A stretch of DNA of 64,000 bases from Acanthaster planci (Eukaryota). Shown here piece by piece: positions 61,601 through 64,000 of the stretch (positions are counted from its first letter, which is position 1; each line of letters begins with the position of its first letter). A model generated the notes under the pieces. It had not been told where the DNA came from. It saw only the letters and a program-made list of their open reading frames with translations, and ran no database searches. The translations under genes were made by a program, and so were the position numbers. Where the stretch lies: the NCBI RefSeq assembly GCF_001949145.1, contig NW_019091360.1, positions 3,639,816-3,703,815 on the forward strand. The letters run 5' to 3'.

Positions 61601-63365
61601 TGCATGTTGGTCCTGGGCATTAAACCTATCTCCACCTAGCTGGAACAGCAGTTTTGGCATTGGTAGGCCCCTGGTTATGCCCAGCTGTTCCCATCACTAA
61701 CATGGGTAAGTATGAGCTGTGCACACACATTCTGGGCATTGAGCCCACTTCCACCCAGCTGGAACTGCAGCTTTAGTGTTGGAAAGCACCCAGTTGTTAT
61801 AGCACTAACAAAGGTAGGTATGAGCCATGCATGCAAGTTCTGGGCATGGAACCCAGTTCAACCCACTTCCGCCCAGCAGCATCCACAGTTTGGCATAACG
61901 GAGCACCCAGCTCCACCCAACACCAAACACAGTTTATCAATACCAAGCACCCATTGGCAACCTACAGAGGAGTTTCTGTTTGTGGAGGAGCTGGAACCAG
62001 TGAATGTGGCACCCAGTGAGACAGCCGAGCTCATCTGCACGGTCTCCAATGAAGCAGCCAAAGTCAAGTGGTTCTGCGGGGATGAAGAAATCCTGATAGA
62101 TGATGGCAAATACAAGACCAAACAAGAGCAGAGGAGGCACTCCTTGATAATCACTGATGTGACCACAGAAGATGCTGGAAAGTACTTGTGTGCAATGGGA
62201 GATAAAATCACTTCAACGTTGCTCACAGTAACTGCAGGTATAAATGAGGTGTCTCTCTGTCCCCACAAATATTGACAGCACTTGTTATCCCTCTACATCG
62301 TCTGTCTGCCCAAATCAGCCAGTCTTTTATTGTGTCAATAGGAAAACAATGAAAACAACTAAGCTTCTCTGAATTTCTGTTTTCAAAGCTAAGGGTAAGA
62401 TCTGTGAATCAGAGATATCAGTGTACAGCAAGTGAGCACTTATAATTTTGGACTCTGCCAGCACAGGGCTCAATAGCTTATAGTTGGTAGAACATCAGTA
62501 CCATATTCCAGCAGTTACAGGTTTGGTTTCTTCTCCAGTCAGTTATGTTTGATGTGCTGATTTTGAAGTCAGAGACTGCAGTACTAGCCCTTATCTTAGA
62601 ATTATTGCCACCTTATCCTTTAGAAATGCCCGAAATTTTGAAGGATCTCCAGAGTCAGAAAGCTGATGAATCAGAAGATGTTGAGTTCACCTGTGAGCTT
62701 ACTGACGACCTCCCGGAGGATGTCGATGTCACCTGGTTCAAGGCAGACACCGAGATTGAGCCTAGCGTCAAGTATGAGTTGAAGAAGGACAAGCGCAGGT
62801 TGTCACTGGTTGTCCATGACTTGAAGAAAGAGGACCAAGCTGCTTACACAGTGGCAATTGGAGAAAGACGCTCTTCAGCAACTCTTCAAGTCAAAGGTAG
62901 AAATTCTGCTGTTCTCACAGGGAGAATTAAGTTACTGATCAGGATGTGTTGCCAGTATTTGTAACTTAGCTAATATGTTTGTGTCTTCATGCTTTGAATA
63001 GATATTACCCTAGCTCTTACTTCTTGACAAGGAAAATTGTATGTGTCTCTTAAGCTTTATTTCGAATGCTTCGCTGAATCTTATGTTGCTGTTGCAATTT
63101 CTAGCTTTCACTCTCACTCCACTGCAAGACACCAAAGCGACCGAATTTGACAAGACTGCCACGTTTGAATGCACAGTCTCCAGTGAGAAGGCTGTGGTGA
63201 CGTGGCTGAAGGATGGTGAGAAGATTGAGGCTGGTCCCAAGTACGAGATCCAAGAGGATGGGACGCAACGTGTTCTCATCGTTCACAATATCTCACCAGA
63301 AGACAGAGGGAACTTCAGCTGTGTTGTAGGCGACGTTGAGTCTGTAGCCGCACTGAGCGTTGAAG
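1..63365 (+). CDS. Titin/connectin-family giant muscle protein gene (Sallimus/I-connectin/titin-like), partial, 57 traced exons
   Basis: Plus-strand ORFs with repeated I-set Ig motifs (P.F...C.V.G.P.P...W.....L.I......D.G.Y.C.A.N..G), PEVK-like segments, SH3, FN3; exons bounded by GT/AG with consistent intron phases giving one open frame. Confidence 0.93.
1762..2877 (+). CDS. Exon: E/V/K/T/P-rich repeats + Ig domain
   Basis: Acceptor tttctaaag|, donor G|GTATAG; Ig GPVFIRE...AVLTIAT. Confidence 0.88.
2950..3195. mobile_element. Short MITE with ~45-bp terminal inverted repeats
   Basis: Left gggccaatatcagtgaggtgcttgaggacaaaattttgtttaagc matches reverse complement of right end (gggccaatttcatggaggtgcttaagcacaaaatttgcttaagt); no clear TSD. 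Confidence 0.7.
3246..3830. mobile_element. Possible TTAA-flanked (piggyBac-type) non-autonomous element
   Basis: Begins ttaaccacttgccactg, ends cactggcatgaaggggttaa (imperfect TIR, TTAA both ends); subterminal repeat ttccggtatcggaca/ctccgaaatcggaca; more GC-rich than flanking intron. Confidence 0.45.
4472..4716 (+). CDS. Exon: linker + N-half of Ig domain
   Basis: tcacag|ATAAAA ... GAG|GTTGGT phase 0; PPEFVEPITSLEVCEGYKAVFEARVVGTGPIEITWY. Confidence 0.85.
4885..7250. mobile_element. Probable decayed repeat/transposon-derived insertion in intron
   Basis: Clusters of TTT(T/C)AACC motifs at both ends, CpG-richer core, internal ~80-bp direct repeat (5261-5337 / 6371-6450); no transposase ORF recognised. 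Confidence 0.35.
7467..7614 (+). CDS. Exon: C-half of Ig domain (not in ORF track)
   Basis: ttgcag|CCATCT...TCAG|GTTAGT; translates PSPEIAITFEDDTCVLEIHEVILENSGDYICKAANQAGVTTCMATLHVS, completing the Ig begun at 4472. Confidence 0.9.
8097..9731 (+). CDS. Large Ser/Asp/Glu-rich exon + Ig domain (phase 1-1)
   Basis: caacag|AAGAG ... CAAG|GTTGGC; 1635 nt; C-terminal Ig. Confidence 0.8.
10209..11063. mobile_element. Tc1/mariner (pogo/Tigger-type) MITE, TA target duplication
   Basis: Ends TA-cagtaaactttggctaagtc ... gacttagtcggagtttactg-TA; repeated subterminal cgactta motifs. Confidence 0.8.
11856..16241 (+). CDS. Giant 4386-nt Ser/Asp/Glu-rich exon with one Ig domain
   Basis: ttccag|AAGAAG; 1485-aa ORF; Ig APFFSKEL...KAYLSV near 15150-15440; putative donor GAAG|GTTTGA. 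Confidence 0.8.
17900..18394 (+). CDS. Exon: PEVK linker + Ig
   Basis: ttacag|AAGCT ... GAAG|GTAAGT. Confidence 0.9.
18690..19238 (+). CDS. Exon: linker + Ig
   Basis: tgacag|AAATT ... AGAG|GTTGGA; PPSFAKPI...SAKLIVR. Confidence 0.88.
20331..20677 (+). CDS. Exon: PEVK-like (E/P/V/K-rich)
   Basis: actcag|AGGAAG ... GTG|GTAAGA. Confidence 0.85.
20867..20965 (+). CDS. Small Thr/Glu-rich exon
   Basis: gtgcag|ACTGAG ... AAG|GTTAGA, phase 0-0. Confidence 0.8.
21194..21233 (+). CDS. 40-nt micro-exon IAETVEVEITKPT
   Basis: ttgcag|ATTGCT ... ACAG|GTAACA; needed to convert phase 0 to phase 1. Confidence 0.8.
21414..21659 (+). CDS. Exon: SH3 domain
   Basis: FIAMGNYLAESEEVMSLREGDKLIVVDEGTGDWCLARSEMTQEEGWVPRTYL fits SH3 consensus; tgtcag| ... 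G|GTTGGT. Confidence 0.9.
22569..22871 (+). CDS. Exon: Ig domain after SH3
   Basis: ctgcag|AGGAAA ... GAAG|GTGGGT; alternative in-frame AG at 22550. Confidence 0.9.
23167..23233 (+). CDS. Small Ser-rich linker exon (VTLSDVESYDSSHTPVSRKSLSR)
   Basis: tggcag|TGACAT ... TAG|GTAAAT, phase 1-2. Confidence 0.85.
23501..23823 (+). CDS. Exon: Ig domain (ESTVEEPEGIKPAF...)
   Basis: ttgcag|GGAGTC ... AACC|GTGAGT, phase 2-1. Confidence 0.9.
25453..25749 (+). CDS. Exon: Ig domain
   Basis: ccctag|GTGAGG ... AGAG|GTACAT; PPRFEEPLVSLIVKEGHVAKFECRISG. Confidence 0.88.
26295..26536 (+). CDS. Exon: Thr-rich linker + Ig N-half
   Basis: tttcag|ATGTGA ... AAG|GTATGA. Confidence 0.88.
26748..26910 (+). CDS. 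Exon: Ig C-half
   Basis: atgcag|GTGATT ... GAAG|GTATAA. Confidence 0.88.
27071..27967 (+). CDS. Exon: acidic/PEVK linker + Ig
   Basis: gtttag|AATTGA ... GAAA|GTATGT. Confidence 0.85.
28085..28837 (+). mobile_element. Tc1/mariner-type MITE, copy A
   Basis: TA-cagtggaacgccgctata ... tataggggcgttcccttg-TA; internal sequence is the reverse complement of the element at 57699-58488. Confidence 0.85.
29110..29745 (+). CDS. Exon: two tandem Ig domains
   Basis: tttcag|AGAAAC ... GAAG|GTAAAT. Confidence 0.9.
31072..31133 (+). CDS. Candidate alternative terminal exon (GDVLYIDRVDPDNSYMLVYL*)
   Basis: cactaac branch-like motif near 30951, ~110-nt pyrimidine tract, ccag| acceptor in phase 1, TGA 31131-31133, AATAAA 31199-31204. 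Confidence 0.5.
34634..34912 (+). CDS. Exon: Ig domain
   Basis: catcag|TCCCGG ... ATAG|GTAATT. Confidence 0.9.
35296..35589 (+). CDS. Exon: fibronectin type III domain
   Basis: [40 protein letters not shown]...LTPGTEYLFRVMAVNDEGMSKPS, titin-type FN3; ccacag| ... G|GTTGGT. Confidence 0.92.
35965..36042 (+). CDS. 78-nt linker exon (DTKPKPKEEARPDQPLAKTAELFPTE)
   Basis: ttacag|ATACTA ... GAAG|GTACGC, phase 1-1; not in ORF track. Confidence 0.8.
39667..42254 (+). CDS. Large PEVK-like exon with ~70-aa repeats
   Basis: tcacag|AAGCTG ... AAG|GTAAGT; repeats REAPEEV...LES..EEELQEAV. Confidence 0.9.
42558..42634 (+). CDS. 77-nt Ig exon (cassette unit 0)
   Basis: ttgcag|AGTGTC ... TTCCA|GTAAGT. Confidence 0.88.
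43029..43195 (+). CDS. 167-nt Ig exon (unit 0)
   Basis: tttaag|TGAACA ... ACAG|GTAAGA. Confidence 0.88.
43669..43725 (+). CDS. 57-nt exon (unit 1)
   Basis: ttacag|AAGTCA ... GAAA|GTAAGT; EVKQAPSFTEKPEVPETPE. Confidence 0.85.
43861..45302 (+). CDS. Ig (WNKGWKQI type) + PEVK exon (unit 1)
   Basis: ctgtag|CCACTG ... ACG|GTAAGT. Confidence 0.9.
45641..45717 (+). CDS. 77-nt Ig exon (unit 1)
   Basis: tttcag|ACTGTC ... TTCCT|GTAAGC. Confidence 0.88.
45897..46063 (+). CDS. 167-nt Ig exon (unit 1)
   Basis: atttag|AAACAA ... ACAG|GTACGG. Confidence 0.88.
46246..46302 (+). CDS. 57-nt exon (unit 2)
   Basis: tcacag|AAATCA ... GAAG|GTGAGA. Confidence 0.85.
46428..47950 (+). CDS. Ig + PEVK exon (unit 2)
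   Basis: tgaaag|GAACTG ... AAG|GTCAGT. Confidence 0.88.
48105..48181 (+). CDS. 77-nt Ig exon (unit 2)
   Basis: ttccag|AGCACC ... TTCTT|GTAAGA. Confidence 0.88.
48314..48480 (+). CDS. 167-nt Ig exon (unit 2)
   Basis: ctgcag|AAACAA ... ATTG|GTAAAT. Confidence 0.88.
48843..48899 (+). CDS. 57-nt exon (unit 3)
   Basis: acttag|AAGTCA ... GAAG|GTGAGA. Confidence 0.85.
49035..50242 (+). CDS. Ig + PEVK exon (unit 3), 1208 nt
   Basis: aaaaag|GTAATG ... AAG|GTCAGT. Confidence 0.88.
50407..50483 (+). CDS. 77-nt Ig exon (unit 3)
   Basis: ttacag|AGCACC ... TTCCT|GTAAGA. Confidence 0.88.
50629..50795 (+). CDS. 167-nt Ig exon (unit 3)
   Basis: atacag|AAATAA ... ATTG|GTAAAT. Confidence 0.88.
51158..51214 (+). 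CDS. 57-nt exon (unit 4)
   Basis: atttag|AAGTCA ... GAAG|GTGAGA. Confidence 0.85.
51303..52702 (+). CDS. Ig + PEVK exon (unit 4), interrupted by assembly gap
   Basis: taaaag|GTACTG ... AAG|GTCAGT; contains 25 N and a duplicated 167 bp. Confidence 0.82.
51950..51974. other. Assembly gap (25 N)
   Basis: Run of n; flanked by near-identical 51783-51949 and 51975-52141. Confidence 0.98.
52851..52927 (+). CDS. 77-nt Ig exon (unit 4)
   Basis: ttccag|AGCACC ... TTCTT|GTAAGA. Confidence 0.88.
53061..53227 (+). CDS. 167-nt Ig exon (unit 4)
   Basis: ctgcag|AAACAA ... ATTG|GTAAAT. Confidence 0.88.
53586..53642 (+). CDS. 57-nt exon (unit 5)
   Basis: attcag|AAGTCA ... GAAG|GTGAGA. Confidence 0.85.
53779..54986 (+). 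CDS. Ig + PEVK exon (unit 5), 1208 nt
   Basis: aaaaag|GTAATG ... AAG|GTCATT. Confidence 0.88.
55176..55252 (+). CDS. 77-nt Ig exon (unit 5)
   Basis: ctgcag|AAAGTG ... TTCAG|GTAGCC. Confidence 0.88.
55703..55869 (+). CDS. 167-nt Ig exon (unit 5)
   Basis: tttcag|GGATGG ... CAAG|GTTAGA. Confidence 0.88.
56283..56339 (+). CDS. 57-nt exon (unit 6)
   Basis: caacag|AAATAA ... GAGG|GTAAGA. Confidence 0.85.
56510..56826 (+). CDS. Ig (WSKGWKQI) + short PEK exon (unit 6)
   Basis: gtttag|GTACTG ... CTG|GTAAGA. Confidence 0.88.
57079..57196 (+). CDS. PEVK linker exon
   Basis: ctaaccag|CCTACT ... GAAG|GTGATT, phase 0-1; not in ORF track. Confidence 0.8.
57331..57597 (+). CDS. Exon: Ig domain (MyBP-C/obscurin-like subtype)
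   Basis: tttcag|GTCCAG ... AAAG|GTAAGT; VKWFREGEEIQEGEKFAFKKDGRRRSLVIKDATLEDKARY. Confidence 0.88.
57699..58488 (-). mobile_element. Tc1/mariner-type MITE, copy B (inverted relative to copy A)
   Basis: TA-cagtggaaggccgctata ... tatagcggcattccactg-TA. Confidence 0.85.
58693..59025 (+). CDS. Exon: Ig domain + start of next Ig
   Basis: ccatag|AAACTG ... GAAG|GTAGGA. Confidence 0.88.
59479..59758 (+). CDS. Exon: Ig domain (WFKGWREI type) + linker ending PLKR
   Basis: ttgcag|GTGAGT ... AAGAG|GTGAGT, phase 1-2. Confidence 0.88.
60263..60446 (+). CDS. Exon: RRPS site + tri-helix bundle (titin N2A unique / MyBP-C motif-like)
   Basis: ccacag|ACGTCC ... GAG|GTGAGG; RPSQEVKQQEEIDIMALLRGIEPKDYEKVLREAGVYDFRAILKHLKMMQKE. 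Confidence 0.85.
60743..60857 (+). CDS. Linker exon
   Basis: caaaag|GTGCTG ... AAAG|GTAGGC, phase 0-1. Confidence 0.75.
61500..61960. repeat. Degenerate intronic tandem repeat, ~110-bp unit, 3-4 copies
   Basis: Units containing ctaa(c)a..ggtaagtatgagc...tctgggcat...cttccacccagc near 61579, 61697, 61805. Confidence 0.75.
61968..62237 (+). CDS. Exon: Ig domain
   Basis: ctacag|AGGAGT ... GCAG|GTATAA. Confidence 0.85.
62624..62896 (+). CDS. Exon: Ig domain
   Basis: ctttag|AAATGC ... AAAG|GTAGAA; alternative in-frame AG at 62599. Confidence 0.88.
63105..63365 (+). CDS. Exon: Ig domain
   Basis: ttctag|CTTTCA ... GAAG|GTCTGT. Confidence 0.88.
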
Positions 63366-64000
63366 GTCTGTGGACTTGCATTTTATCATACCATCTATAA
63401 ATAACAATACTCAGAAAAGATTTTTTTTATTCACTCTTTCCCAAAAACATTTCTGTGGCACATGTATTTAGTTGAGTTCATCACAAAGTCCCTGCAAGTC
63501 CATCGCAAGTCATCCAGTCTTAAGCCACATCACAAGCTGTTTCAAGTGAACTGTGGCAAAAACACTCATTTGTCAGTGTTTATCCTGTTACTCGAGACTG
63601 CTGTTGTGAAGGCAGTTGTTACTGAATTAGTAAAATGGACTAGTGGAAGGACTTGACAACAACACTTTTATGAAAATTTGTTTATTTGTACTTTTGTCAA
63701 GTTTGGCCTTTGTGCCAATGACATTCAGGAGCACAGCCCACCTTTTAACAGCTTAGAGATGCAGTAACTCATGGATAGCTAGCAATTATGTTTATAGGGA
63801 AGGCTTCATGCCATTTTAGACATGCAAATACTCAAGCAAAGATAAATGTTCAAAGTCTAGTTTTGTAAACTGGCTCCTAGTGCTTTGGTTTTTCTTATCA
63901 CCTCCCAGTCTGGTTGAAAATCAAATTAAATCAGCATGAACATATTAATTTATCCATCTATCCTAAACCTCTCAAATTTTATGCCTGTATTGTCATACAG

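Noticed and set aside
60..63286. Numerous minus-strand ORFs (Ser/Thr/Phe-rich) overlapping the exons
   Set aside because: Antisense shadows of Glu/Val/Lys-rich plus-strand codons; no recognisable domains

Overview
Eukaryotic (animal, invertebrate-type) genomic DNA. The whole window lies inside one giant plus-strand intron-containing gene for a titin/connectin-family elastic muscle protein; both gene ends are outside the window. I traced 57 exons with GT-AG boundaries that join in one continuous reading frame. They encode many I-set Ig domains, several low-complexity Glu/Pro/Lys/Val- and Ser/Asp-rich repeat regions, one SH3, one FN3, a tandemly multiplied four-exon Ig-PEVK-Ig cassette (43.7-56.8 kb) and a tri-helix-bundle motif preceded by an RRPS PKA-type site. 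Most notable: the same frame appears to join an arthropod Sallimus/I-connectin-like SH3-Ig-Ig block with a vertebrate titin-N2A/MyBP-C-like Ig-THB-Ig block (homology from recall, needs searches). Introns carry several MITEs (including one family present twice in inverted orientation), candidate alternative terminal and cassette exons, many TGCATG (Rbfox-type) motifs and a tandem repeat built of splice-signal-like motifs. A 25-N gap is flanked by an artefactual 167-bp duplication. Organism cannot be determined from the sequence alone.
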